From NCBI GenBank assembly GCA_963718995.1, contig CAVRAP010000017.1, positions 22,637 to 86,636 of the forward strand: a DNA stretch of 64,000 bases. The letters are read 5' to 3'. This document shows, one piece after another, positions 39,230-50,329 of the stretch. Numbering within the stretch: position 1 is the first letter of the stretch; every line of letters begins with the position of its first letter. The stretch is from an uncultured Actinomycetota bacterium (lineage in GTDB: Bacteria; Actinomycetota; Acidimicrobiia; Spongiisociales; UBA4744). Position numbers and translations under genes: made by a program. Under the pieces are notes generated by a model, which did no database searches, was not told where the DNA came from, and saw nothing but the letters and a program-made list of their open reading frames with translations.

Positions 39230-41860
39230 ATGCCGACCCTCGCCGTTCTCGACGGACATAACCTCGCCTACCGGGCTTTCTATGCCCTTCCGGATGATCT
39301 CGCCACGAGCGCGGGCCAGGTAACCAACTCCGTCTACGGGTTCACCTCGATGTTGATCAAGATGCTGGGCGACCACCACCCCGATGGCCTGGTCGTGACC
39401 TGGGATACGCCGCAGGCAACCTTTCGTAAGGACGAGTACCCCGAATACAAGGCACAACGGGAAAAGGCGCCGGATATCTTCAGAAGTCAGCTACCACTCA
39501 TAAGAGAGGTCGTCGACACGCTCGGGGTCCGTCAGATTGAACTACCCGGTTTTGAAGCCGATGACATCATCGCCACGGTCGCCGAGGAGGCCAAGCGGGA
39601 CGGGTGGGAGGTCCTGATCGTCAGTGGTGACCGGGACACCTTCCAACTGATCGACGACCACTGCCGGGTGCTCTACATCCGGCGCGGCATCTCAGACCTA
39701 TTGATCGCCGACGAAGCGTGGGTCGAAGAACGGTACGGAATCAGAGCGGACCAGTATCCCGACTACGCGGCGTTGCGCGGAGATTCCTCCGACAATCTGC
39801 CGGGGGTGCCGGGGGTCGGCGAGAAGACTGCCACGCGACTTATTGCCGGCTACGGGAATCTCGAAGGCCTCTACGACCATCTCGATGAACAGACCCCGAA
39901 GCTTCGCGAGAACCTCGAGGCCAATCGTGAACAGGCTTTCCTGAATCGGCGATTGATGCGCTTGGTGCGGGACCTGTCGTTGGACGTGAAGACGGACACC
40001 CTTCGCTGGGACGGTTTCGACCGGGCGGCGGCCAAGGACATCTTCGACAGTATGGAGTTTCACTCGCTCTGGGACAGGCTCATGGCTCTCGGGTCTGCGT
40101 CCGAGGAGCCGATCGGCGACGTGCTCGAGGTGGAAACCGGAGTGATAACCAACCCGGCGGACATCGAGAAGTTGATCCAAGCGCGGCCGCTGGTGCTCGA
40201 GCCCGTATGGGATGAGCCCGGGTTGACCGGCGTCGTGATTGCCCAAGATGATGAACGGGCAGGCTTCGTGCCGGTCGAACACCTGCAGTTGCTGGCCGGG
40301 GTACTCGGCGACAAAGATCATCCCAAGGTATTGCACGATGCCAAGGACTTCATCCGGTACCTGCTCGACAACGATATGGCTTTCGATGGACTGGAGACGG
40401 ATACCGCGCTGGCCGCCTATCTGCTGAACCCGGCCGCAAGGACCTACGAACTCGAGGACCTGGCCGGCGAGTATCTCAACATCGAGCTCCAATCGCCCGA
40501 CCGGGACCAGGAATCGGGCTCCCAGGGCATGCTCGACTTCGGCGGTGGTCCCGACCTGGACGCCGCCGGGCGGCGAGCCGTCGCGGTCGGAAAACTGGCG
40601 GAGCGTCTCCGGGGGGTGCTCGCGGAACACGCGGAACTTGCACTTCTGGACGCCATCGAGATGCCCCTGGTTCTCGTGCTCGCCCGGATGGAGGCAGCCG
40701 GAATCGGCATCGATCGCGAATACCTCGAAGATCTGGGAGCGACGCTGCGCGAGCAGCTCTCAGAACTGGAGGGTCGTATTCACCACGAGGCCGGCGCGCC
40801 GTTCAATATCAATTCGACCGGCCAACTTCGGGAGATTCTCTTCGATCAGCTTGGCTTGCCGGTACTCAAGAAGACCCCGAAAGGGGTTCCATCGACCGAC
40901 GCCTCGGTTCTCGAGAAACTGGCAGACGCCCATCCCATCGTTTCCCAACTCCTCGAATATCGAGAGTTGGAGAAGCTGCGATCAACGTACGTGGACGGCT
41001 ACCTGCCACTCATTACCCAAGAAGGTCGAATTCACACGCGCTTCAATCAACTGGCGGCGACGACCGGCCGTTTGTCTTCGGACCGGCCGAACCTGCAGAA
41101 TATCCCGGTTCGCTCCGACCGAGGCAAGACCATCCGGCGTGCTTTCGTTCCACGGCCGGGATGGCGGTTCGTGATCGCCGATTACTCGCAGATCGAGCTG
41201 CGGGTCATGGCCCATTTGAGTATGGATCCGGGTCTGCTCGAGGCCTTCCGGGGAACCGAGACGGACATCCACACGGAAACGGCCGCCCGGGTGTTTGGGC
41301 TCGATCCGCAGAATGTGACCGATGAAATGCGCCGCCGGGCGAAAGCCATCAACTTCGGGTTGCTGTACGGCATGGAGGCTTTCGGCCTCGCCGATCGACT
41401 GCAGATCTCGCGCGATGAGGCGCGAGAGCACATCGAGGCGTACTTCGAACAGTTCCCCCTGGTGCAGGAGTTTCTGCAGAGCGTCGTTACCGAGGCGCGA
41501 AATCGAGGCTATACCCAGACGATGTTCGGGCGGCGGCGCTACTTGCCAGAGCTCTCGAGTGACAATTTCCGGATCCGGCAGATGGGCGAGCGCATGGCAC
41601 TGAATGCACCCGTCCAGGGTTCGGCCGCCGACATCATCAAGAAGGCGATGGTCGACCTCGATGAGGGGCTGCGAAAAGCCGGTCTCGAGACCACCCTGCT
41701 GCTGCAGATCCACGACGAGCTGATTCTCGAGGCCCCGGATCCTGAGGTCGAGGAAGCCGGGGAACTCACTCGAAGTCTGATGGAGGGGGTCGCAAACCTG
41801 GAAGTGCCTCTGCGAGTGGATCTATCGACAGGGACGGATCTGGCCGACGCAAAGCACTGA
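39230..41860 (+). CDS. polA: DNA polymerase I
   Basis: 876 aa. 5'-nuclease N-terminus (LDGHNLAYRAFYAL), motif A DYSQIELRVMAHLS, motif B RRRAKAINFGLLYGM, motif C QIHDELILE. Confidence 0.95.
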   Translation: MPTLAVLDGHNLAYRAFYALPDDLATSAGQVTNSVYGFTSMLIKMLGDHHPDGLVVTWDTPQATFRKDEYPEYKAQREKAPDIFRSQLPLIREVVDTLGVRQIELPGFEADDIIATVAEEAKRDGWEVLIVSGDRDTFQLIDDHCRVLYIRRGISDLLIADEAWVEERYGIRADQYPDYAALRGDSSDNLPGVPGVGEKTATRLIAGYGNLEGLYDHLDEQTPKLRENLEANREQAFLNRRLMRLVRDLSLDVKTDTLRWDGFDRAAAKDIFDSMEFHSLWDRLMALGSASEEPIGDVLEVETGVITNPADIEKLIQARPLVLEPVWDEPGLTGVVIAQDDERAGFVPVEHLQLLAGVLGDKDHPKVLHDAKDFIRYLLDNDMAFDGLETDTALAAYLLNPAARTYELEDLAGEYLNIELQSPDRDQESGSQGMLDFGGGPDLDAAGRRAVAVGKLAERLRGVLAEHAELALLDAIEMPLVLVLARMEAAGIGIDREYLEDLGATLREQLSELEGRIHHEAGAPFNINSTGQLREILFDQLGLPVLKKTPKGVPSTDASVLEKLADAHPIVSQLLEYRELEKLRSTYVDGYLPLITQEGRIHTRFNQLAATTGRLSSDRPNLQNIPVRSDRGKTIRRAFVPRPGWRFVIADYSQIELRVMAHLSMDPGLLEAFRGTETDIHTETAARVFGLDPQNVTDEMRRRAKAINFGLLYGMEAFGLADRLQISRDEAREHIEAYFEQFPLVQEFLQSVVTEARNRGYTQTMFGRRRYLPELSSDNFRIRQMGERMALNAPVQGSAADIIKKAMVDLDEGLRKAGLETTLLLQIHDELILEAPDPEVEEAGELTRSLMEGVANLEVPLRVDLSTGTDLADAKH

Positions 41861-41963
41861 CCGGCGTTTACCCATAGGTTGCACTCTGCCCGTGTGGTAA
41901 CGTACTTGGCGCCTTGGCACGTTCAATCGCGCTGGGAGCAAATTCTGGAGGAAACAACCATAC

Positions 41964-43637
41964 ATGACCACTGAAAACGAGTCCGCGCCCGCGAACGGTC
42001 CCGAAGGGATCGAGGAGCCGGACGCTTCCCCCGCAGCCGCTGAAGCGGCCGCCGCTGTCGACGAGCCCACCGTCGAAACACCCGATACCCCGGCCGCAGT
42101 CGAAGGCGCCACAGATGAGAAGGCAGAGATGCCTCCGGTCGCCGACGAGTCCGTACCGCCGGCCGAAGCAGTTGCTGCCGAGCCCGAAACTTCGGAACCG
42201 GCCGAGGCAGTTGCCGATACCGCCGCGGTGGCGACGGCCGACGCAGATGAGGTGGTATCGGATCAAGGCCCGAGCGAGACCCCAGGAGAGCAGCCGGGAT
42301 CTGACGCCGACGCCGCAGCGGATGCTGCGAAAGAGGAAGAAGAGAAGGAAATCTTCATACGGGCCGAGCGCCCCGCCATTGTTGCGAGGAGCGTTAGCGA
42401 TCTCTCCGAGGAGATGTTGGCCAACGACTTTGCCGCTGCGATCGAGCACACGGTGCTCGAATTCAAAGAGGGCGACATCATTGAGGGCACCGTAGCGAGC
42501 GTCGACCAGGATGAAGTTCTCGTCGACATCGGCTACAAATCTGAGGGGCATATACCTCTCAAAGAGCTATCGATACGGCACGGCATCAATCCTCTCGATG
42601 TCGTATCCGTCGGAGACCGGATCGAGGCGCTGGTTCTCGACAAAGAGGACGACGAAGGCCGCCTTATTCTCTCCAAGAAGCGCGCTCAATACGAACGCGC
42701 CTGGGGACGGATCCAGAGGATTCACGCCGAGGCCGGCACAGTCACGGGTCCGGTTATTGAAGTGGTCAAAGGAGGGCTCATCGTCGACATTGGGCTTCGC
42801 GGGTTCCTGCCTGCCTCGCTCGTTGAGCTCCGTCGGGTTCGTGATCTTGAACCGTATGTCGGCCAGGAGATCGAGGCGAAAGTCATCGAACTGGACCGCA
42901 ACCGGAACAACGTTGTGCTCTCTCGCCGGGCTTACCTGGAAGAGCAGCAGGCGGAGGAGCGCCAGGCGTTTCTCGATGATCTAGCCGTCGGTGAGGTTCG
43001 TCCCGGCGTTGTTTCTTCGGTGGTCAATTTCGGCGCTTTCGTTGATCTTGGTGGCATGGACGGTCTGGTCCACGTGTCGGAGCTGTCGTTCCAGCACGTG
43101 AATCACCCATCCGAGGTCGTCAAGGTCGGCGACGAGGTAACCGTCAAGGTCCTCGAAGTGGACCTTGATCGGGAACGTATCTCCCTGTCGATCAAGCAGA
43201 CGATGGAAGACCCCTGGGTCAAGTTCTCTCGAGAGCATGGCATCAACGACGTCGTTGATGGAACGGTCACCAAGACGGTGCCGTTCGGTGCTTTTGTTTC
43301 TGTAGGAGACGGCGTCGAAGGTCTCGTGCATGTATCGGAGATCGCCATTCATCGTGTCGAGTCTCCGGAGCTGGAGCTTTCCATCGGCCAGGCGGTCTCC
43401 GTCAAAGTCACGGAGATGGACGAAGAGCGACGCCGGGTCAGTCTCTCCATCAAGCAGGCGAATCCGGAATGGAAAGACCGGGAGCCCGAAGAACGGGCCC
43501 CGCGTCGCAAGCAACCTGAGGTACGCGAGTTCACCCGCGAAGAGCCGGAAGAGGAACAAGAGCGGACATTCGATGTCGATTCGTCGCTCGAAGCAATTCT
43601 TCAAGAGCTTAAAGAGCGCGGCATCGGACGCCGATAG
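41964..43637 (+). CDS. rpsA: 30S ribosomal protein S1 with a long acidic N-terminal extension
   Basis: 557 aa. Four S1 repeats (GDIIEGTVASVDQDEVLVDIGYKSEGHIP; GTVTGPVIEVVKGGLIVDIG; GEVRPGVVSSVVNFGAFVDLG; VVDGTVTKTVPFGAFVSVG). The ATG at 41964 is preceded by GGAGGAAACAACCATAC. Confidence 0.9.
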   Translation: MTTENESAPANGPEGIEEPDASPAAAEAAAAVDEPTVETPDTPAAVEGATDEKAEMPPVADESVPPAEAVAAEPETSEPAEAVADTAAVATADADEVVSDQGPSETPGEQPGSDADAAADAAKEEEEKEIFIRAERPAIVARSVSDLSEEMLANDFAAAIEHTVLEFKEGDIIEGTVASVDQDEVLVDIGYKSEGHIPLKELSIRHGINPLDVVSVGDRIEALVLDKEDDEGRLILSKKRAQYERAWGRIQRIHAEAGTVTGPVIEVVKGGLIVDIGLRGFLPASLVELRRVRDLEPYVGQEIEAKVIELDRNRNNVVLSRRAYLEEQQAEERQAFLDDLAVGEVRPGVVSSVVNFGAFVDLGGMDGLVHVSELSFQHVNHPSEVVKVGDEVTVKVLEVDLDRERISLSIKQTMEDPWVKFSREHGINDVVDGTVTKTVPFGAFVSVGDGVEGLVHVSEIAIHRVESPELELSIGQAVSVKVTEMDEERRRVSLSIKQANPEWKDREPEERAPRRKQPEVREFTREEPEEEQERTFDVDSSLEAILQELKERGIGRR

Positions 43638-43920
43638 GTACTTCATAAGGTTGACACCTGGAAGATCTGTGGCACTCTGTTGGGTGCCGGGCAGATTCGG
43701 ACGGGGGGGAAAACCGCGCAGCTCTATCAGGTAGGGACAGTTGTGCCCAAAAGGAGGCGACATGAAGATGCCGAAGCTCCGACACAACACACCGGCTTGC
43801 CGGTCCCTCGATGATGGTGAGGCGCACGGTCACTCTGCGTGACGCGAAATCCATGACATTACGACCCAAATCGGCCACCCTTAGGGAAAACCGAACGGGT
43901 TTTAGACTGAAGGAGATTCG

Positions 43921-44796
43921 ATGGGCAGGCGAACCCTGGTCCTGATTGTGGCTCTGCTCCTGGCGGGCATTGCTGCGTTTGCCGTATGGCAGTTCCTTTC
44001 CAACGTGGAAGAGGAGAAAGAGGCCGAGCTCCTGTTGCGGGCTGTGTACCGGGTTTCCGGCGGCACAATTACCGAAGGCACCGATGGAAGCCTGGTCCTA
44101 TCGCAAGAGCGCGCCGTGCTCAGCGAAGAGGAGACGAGATTTCTCCCCGACAACGCGATCGGCTCGCTGGAACAACTGACCGCGACCCTCACGGGTCGGG
44201 TCGCCGCTGGTCCAATCTCGAACAACTCGATATTGACCACAGACCAGTGGGTCGAGTTGACGGCGGACATCAAGCCGTTGGCGGAACGCATTCCAGCAGG
44301 GAAACAAGCGATCACGATCGGGGTCGACAACATCCAGGGGGTCAACGGCTTTATTGAGGCGGGGGACCGGATCAATGTCATCGTTACGCTGACCGCACCG
44401 ATCGAACAGATCGCTGAAGACGTCATTGCGTCGGAGACCCTGACACCGGACGAGCTGAAGGCGCTCGAAGCTGAACTCGAGCAGGGCATCATCAGCCGTT
44501 TCGTGTTGCAGGGGCTCCCGGTCCTGGCCGTTGGAAATGAGATTCGGGCCGACGAGGAAGCCAACCAGACCGTGACGGTGACCACCGTGCCCGTTGAAGG
44601 CCAGGAAGCCGCCCAGCAAGTGCAGACTGGTGTCATCACCCTCGAGGTAACTCCGGAAGAAGCCGAGAGGATCGTGTACACGTTCGCAACGGGGACAGTG
44701 TGGCTGACGCTGGTTCCGGAAGACTTTGTCCCGGTTCCCACTGACGGCATCACTCGAGAGAACCTGTTCGACACCGCTGAGGAGCTTGGCCAATAA
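43921..44796 (+). CDS. cpaB: Flp pilus assembly protein CpaB
   Basis: 291 aa. N-terminal TM anchor MGRRTLVLIVALLLAGIAAFAVWQFL, then SAF/RcpC-like regions. GGAG upstream. First gene of the tad block. Confidence 0.8.
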   Translation: MGRRTLVLIVALLLAGIAAFAVWQFLSNVEEEKEAELLLRAVYRVSGGTITEGTDGSLVLSQERAVLSEEETRFLPDNAIGSLEQLTATLTGRVAAGPISNNSILTTDQWVELTADIKPLAERIPAGKQAITIGVDNIQGVNGFIEAGDRINVIVTLTAPIEQIAEDVIASETLTPDELKALEAELEQGIISRFVLQGLPVLAVGNEIRADEEANQTVTVTTVPVEGQEAAQQVQTGVITLEVTPEEAERIVYTFATGTVWLTLVPEDFVPVPTDGITRENLFDTAEELGQ

Positions 44797-44797
44797 C

Positions 44798-45998
44798 ATG
44801 AGCGACCTTTTCGACGACGCCGGGATCGTCATCGTTGACGATGATGACGATTTCCTCGACGAAGCAAAACGCCTCTTCGATGGCCGCGTTCCAACCGTGC
44901 GCAGCATCGCTGATGCTCAGCGCGGCGTCGAGGAGGGCTCCGTTGATCTGGTCATGCTTGGCCCATCGTTTGCACATGAGGCCGGGCTGCAGGGAGTCGG
45001 GGTCTTACTTGCCCAAGATCCCGACCTGGCCATTGTGCTGGTTGCCGGCACGATCACTGCCCCCTTGCTGCGGTCGGCCATGCGAGCCGGATTGAAGGAT
45101 GTGATTGAGGCTCCGTTGACGATACAGAGCGTCACCGACGCCGTTGGCCAGATCGAGCGCAAGGCCACGCCGTCAGCGGCCGGCCACGCCTCCTCCCGAA
45201 CCGTTCAGTACGCCGAAGGGCCAAGGGAAGGTCGTCACCGTAATGTCGGCGAAGGGCGGTAGCGGTAAAACGGTTACCGCAACCAATCTGGCGATGCTTC
45301 TTGCTCAGAGACACGACCCTTCCCGGGTGTGCATCGTCGACGCCGACTTGCAGTTCGGTGATGTGTGTCTCGTGTTACAGCTCGAACCCAAATTGACGAT
45401 GGTCAACGCGGCGCATGAGCTCCACCGACTCGATGAACCACTCCTCGAGTCGCTTTTGACGACCCATCCGTCGGGACTGCGGGTGCTCGCAGCGCCGCTC
45501 GAGCCGGCTTTCGCCGATGAGATTTCGACCGCCGCCATGACGGAGATCATCACCAAGCTGCGCGGCATGTTCGACTACGTCATTGTCGACACGGCCTCAC
45601 TGCTCGATGAGCTCCTCTTGTCGTTGCTCGAACGGGCCGACCAGGTGCTGTTTGTGCTCGATATGGACCTTCCAAGCGTCAAGAACGCCAAGCTGGCCTT
45701 GGAAACGCTGCGGTTGCTGAAATTCCCGGCATCGAAGGTCCAGTTGGTGCTGAACCGATCCAATGCTCGCGCTCGACTCGACGAGAAAGAGATTGAACGG
45801 TCATTGAAGCTGAAGATCTCAGCTGCCATTCCATCCGACGGCATGGTCCCTGCTTCGATCAACGAGGGCCGACCGGTTGTCGAGTCCGCCCCCAGATCAC
45901 GGGTGGCGAAAGGTTTCGACACCGTCTACGACCTGGTCGCGACGACACCAAAGCAAGACACTTCAGGCAAGACAGGCAAGCGCCGATGGATGTCCTGA
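44798..45998 (+). pseudogene. tadZ: TadZ/CpaE (receiver-like domain plus ParA/MinD-type ATPase), split over two reading frames as sequenced
   Basis: The receiver-like domain (MSDLFDDAGIVIVDDDDDFL...VDLVMLGPSF...VLVAG) is in frame 2, which stops at 45262. The ATPase (KVVTVMSAKGGSGKTVTATNLA...VIVDT...) is in frame 0, where the only in-frame start ahead of the P-loop is a TTG at 45144. The frames overlap over 45144-45262. Confidence 0.7.
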
Positions 45999-46072
45999 AG
46001 ATAAGTGACAATGGTTCCGCTGCAGCCCGCATGAACGGGCTCCGGCGGTACGGACAGTAGAGGGAGAACTCG

Positions 46073-47439
<1,367 letters not shown>

Positions 47440-47443
<4 letters not shown>

Positions 47444-48738
47444 AACGGATACGCAGCCTCGTCGCGGCGGCCACGGTCGCCATTCTGGTGCTCGGAGCCG
47501 GGGCGGCGGCATTTGCGCAAACCGACAACGGCGCCCCGGTTGTCGAGATCACCGATGTCAATACGGTCCGCTATCCACAGGTGCAGATGATTGTCGATTT
47601 CTTGAACCTGGAGGAAGCTCTCGATCCGGCCGGCTTGGAAGTCACCGAGAACGGGAATCCGGTCAGCGATCTCGAAATTGAAACCATCGCCGAGTCACGG
47701 GTCCAGGTCGGGATTGTTCTGGTCATCGATGCCAGCGGCAGCATGGAAGGTGAGCCGATCGAAGCGGCCAAAGCAGCGGCCCTTTCGTTCATCAACGAAA
47801 AGCGGAATGAAGATTTCATCGCAATTGCTACCTTCGCCGACGAAGTCCAGGTCGTACGGGGCTTCACCAGCACGAGGTCTGCGCTGATTGCCAGCGTGGA
47901 AGGGATCGTCGCCAAGGGCGACACGGCCTTTTACGATGGGATTGTTCGGTCGACGGAATTGTTCACCGGCGATGCCGAGCGACTGGAGCGCAACATGATT
48001 GTGCTCACCGACGGCAAGGATGAGGGGAGCGCCGCAACGCTCGACGATGCTCTCGCCGCCGTGACGGACAAAGGTGTGCGTGTCTTCGGCGTAGCGCTCG
48101 AGTCGACCGCCTTCGATCCAGCCGACCTGCAAACCGTTGTTGCCGAGACCAGCGGCCTGTACCTCTCGACCCCCGAACCGGGTGAGTTGAGCGGTCTCTA
48201 TGAGCAGATCAAGAGGGAACTCGATAACAAGGTCGTGGTGCGCTTTACCGCCACTCAGGATCGTGCAGGCGACCTCGCTATCGGGGTCGGCTACCAGGCG
48301 CTGGCCACGAGTACCACCGTCAATGTGCCCGGCTTCGTCAAGCCTCCCGCACCCACTACAACAACAACGGTGACATTTGCTCAACCCGAGCCTTACTCGC
48401 CCGCGGCGGCCGGGCCGGTTTCCTCCGGGACGCTGCGACTGCTGGGAACGTTGGCAGTTGGTTTGGGAATCGTCCTCTTTATCATCATCCTGGCCGGCCC
48501 GGGCGACGAGGACGGAGCTTCGGCGTTTCGCAAGCGTCTCCAAGCGTACGGGCGAGGCCGAACCGCAGCTCCCGAAGACGAGAAGAAGGGTTTCCTGGCA
48601 AGGATCCCCGGCTTGAGCCGATTCACTAAGTCGGCCGAGGAAGCAGCTCAGCGACGCGGTCTGCTCAGTGGCATCAATGCCGTTTTGGAACAGGCCAACA
48701 TTCCGCTGCGCGGGGAGAAGCACTGGCCGCAGGTTTAG
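47440..48738 (+). CDS. Secreted, membrane-anchored vWA (MIDAS) domain protein whose C-terminal ~90 aa look like the N-terminus of TadB
   Basis: Signal peptide ending AAAFA/QTDN. vWA domain with DASGS...GDTAFY...LTDGKDE. Thr-rich linker, TM helix LRLLGTLAVGLGIVLFIIILAG, cytoplasmic tail ...LSGINAVLEQANIPLR, then a stop at 48736. Start overlaps the tadA stop (GTGA). Confidence 0.75.
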
Positions 48739-48809
48739 GGCTGAGTGTTATCGCCGGGGTTCTAGCCGGACTGTTTGCGACGAGTTGGATTGCGGCAGGC
48801 GTTGGATTC

Positions 48810-49403
48810 TTGGTCGTTCTCCTTCTGGTAGCGGCGGCTATTCAGTTCGCCGGTACCCGGGAAAAGCGTGTGTTCGAACGGCAACTCCCGGACACATTGA
48901 CGCTCCTGTCGACGTCGCTGCGCGCCGGCTATTCGCTGCTGCAGGCGGTCGAAGCGGTGGCCGCCGAAGCTCCCGCACCTACCGGGCGAGAGTTCGGACG
49001 GTCGATTGCCGAGTCCCGGTTGGGGCGTCCGGTGGTGGACACCATGCGAGCTATTTCCGATCGCATGCGGTCCCAGGACTTCCAGTGGGCGGTCATGGCC
49101 ATCGAGATCCAGCGTGAAGTCGGCGGTAACCTCGCCGAAGTTTTGCAGACGGTAGCCGACACGATGCGGCAACGGAACCGGCTGAAGGGGGAGATCAGGG
49201 CGCTGACGGCCGAGGGCCGTCTCTCCGCAATTGTCCTCGCTTTGTTGCCCATTCTGCTGTTCGCGTTCTTGTTCGCAACCAATCGCAGCTATCTCGAACC
49301 GCTCTTCACCGAGACGGCAGGGCTCATTGGGATTGGTGCAGGGCTGGCTTTGATGGCATCTGGTGTGTATTGGCTCAAGAAGATCGTGGATATCGAGGTC
49401 TAA
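48810..49403 (+). CDS. tadB: TadB (T2SSF-domain pilus platform protein); the ORF appears 5'-truncated by a frame change from the upstream gene
   Basis: T2SSF core LPDTLTLLSTSLRAGYSLLQAVEAV...FQWAVMAIEIQREVGGNLAEVL. The frame is open back to 48630 with no ATG, GTG or TTG before the TTG at 48810, which falls in the middle of a TM helix (…GVGFLVVLLLVAAAIQF). Confidence 0.8.
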   Translation: MVVLLLVAAAIQFAGTREKRVFERQLPDTLTLLSTSLRAGYSLLQAVEAVAAEAPAPTGREFGRSIAESRLGRPVVDTMRAISDRMRSQDFQWAVMAIEIQREVGGNLAEVLQTVADTMRQRNRLKGEIRALTAEGRLSAIVLALLPILLFAFLFATNRSYLEPLFTETAGLIGIGAGLALMASGVYWLKKIVDIEV

Positions 49404-50321
49404 ATGGATCCCAAAATGTTCGCTGTTGGGTCGGTGTTCGTGGCCATGACCGGGCTGGTGCTCTGGATCGGCTTCGGGATCGTTCGCGCCCGCAAGGCTG
49501 CCACGGAACGGCTGGCGGTCTACGGCTCTGCGGAACTGATCCGCGACGAGACCCTCAAGAAGCCGGTCGCCGAGCGCGCCATCGCCCCCATCTTCCTGGC
49601 CATCGGCCGGATCCTGGCAAGGTTTACCCCGGTGGGGTGGCTGAAGAAGACCCAGCGGCGGATCGTACTGTCCGGCAGTCCGGGGAACCTGGACGCCAAC
49701 TCGTGGGCCGTCATCAAACTCATGACGTCGGCCGGTTCCATCATCTTGTGGTTCTTTTTGCAGGGTGGTTTGGACTTCCGGATGAAGGTTTTGTCCTTTG
49801 CCCTGCTGGCCATCCTCGGCTTCTTCGGACCTGATGTCTGGCTGACCCGCAAGATCGACGATCGGCGCCTGGCTATGCAAAGAGCCCTGCCAGATGTTCT
49901 CGACTTGCTGGTGATCAGCGTCGAGGCCGGACTCGGGTTTGACTCGGCCCTGGCTCGTGTAGTCGGGACCGTGCCCGGGCCACTGTCCGAAGAGTTCTTC
50001 CGCATGCTTCAGGAAACCCGGGTGGGCGTGAGTCGCCGTGACGCCATGCGCCATCTCACCGATCGCACGGATCTGGATGAACTGCGTTCGTTCCTATTGG
50101 CCATGATGCAGGCTGAGGCCTTCGGTGTTGCGATCGCCCAGGTATTGAGGGTCCAAGCCGATGAAATGCGTATCCAGAGGCGTCAGCGAGCCCAGGAGAA
50201 GGCTTTCGCCGCTCCTGTGAAGATGGTTTTCCCGCTCGTTTTCTGCATCTTCCCGGCGCTCTTCATCGTTCTGTTGGGTCCGGCTGCCATTCAGATCTAC
50301 GAAACCTTCACCGAGCTTTAG
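49404..50321 (+). CDS. tadC: TadC (T2SSF-domain pilus platform protein)
   Basis: 305 aa. ALPDVLDLLVISVEAGLGFDSALARV...LLAMMQAEAFGVAIAQVL, C-terminal TM helices. Starts 1 nt after the tadB stop. Confidence 0.85.
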   Translation: MDPKMFAVGSVFVAMTGLVLWIGFGIVRARKAATERLAVYGSAELIRDETLKKPVAERAIAPIFLAIGRILARFTPVGWLKKTQRRIVLSGSPGNLDANSWAVIKLMTSAGSIILWFFLQGGLDFRMKVLSFALLAILGFFGPDVWLTRKIDDRRLAMQRALPDVLDLLVISVEAGLGFDSALARVVGTVPGPLSEEFFRMLQETRVGVSRRDAMRHLTDRTDLDELRSFLLAMMQAEAFGVAIAQVLRVQADEMRIQRRQRAQEKAFAAPVKMVFPLVFCIFPALFIVLLGPAAIQIYETFTEL

Positions 50322-50329
50322 GGTCCGGG

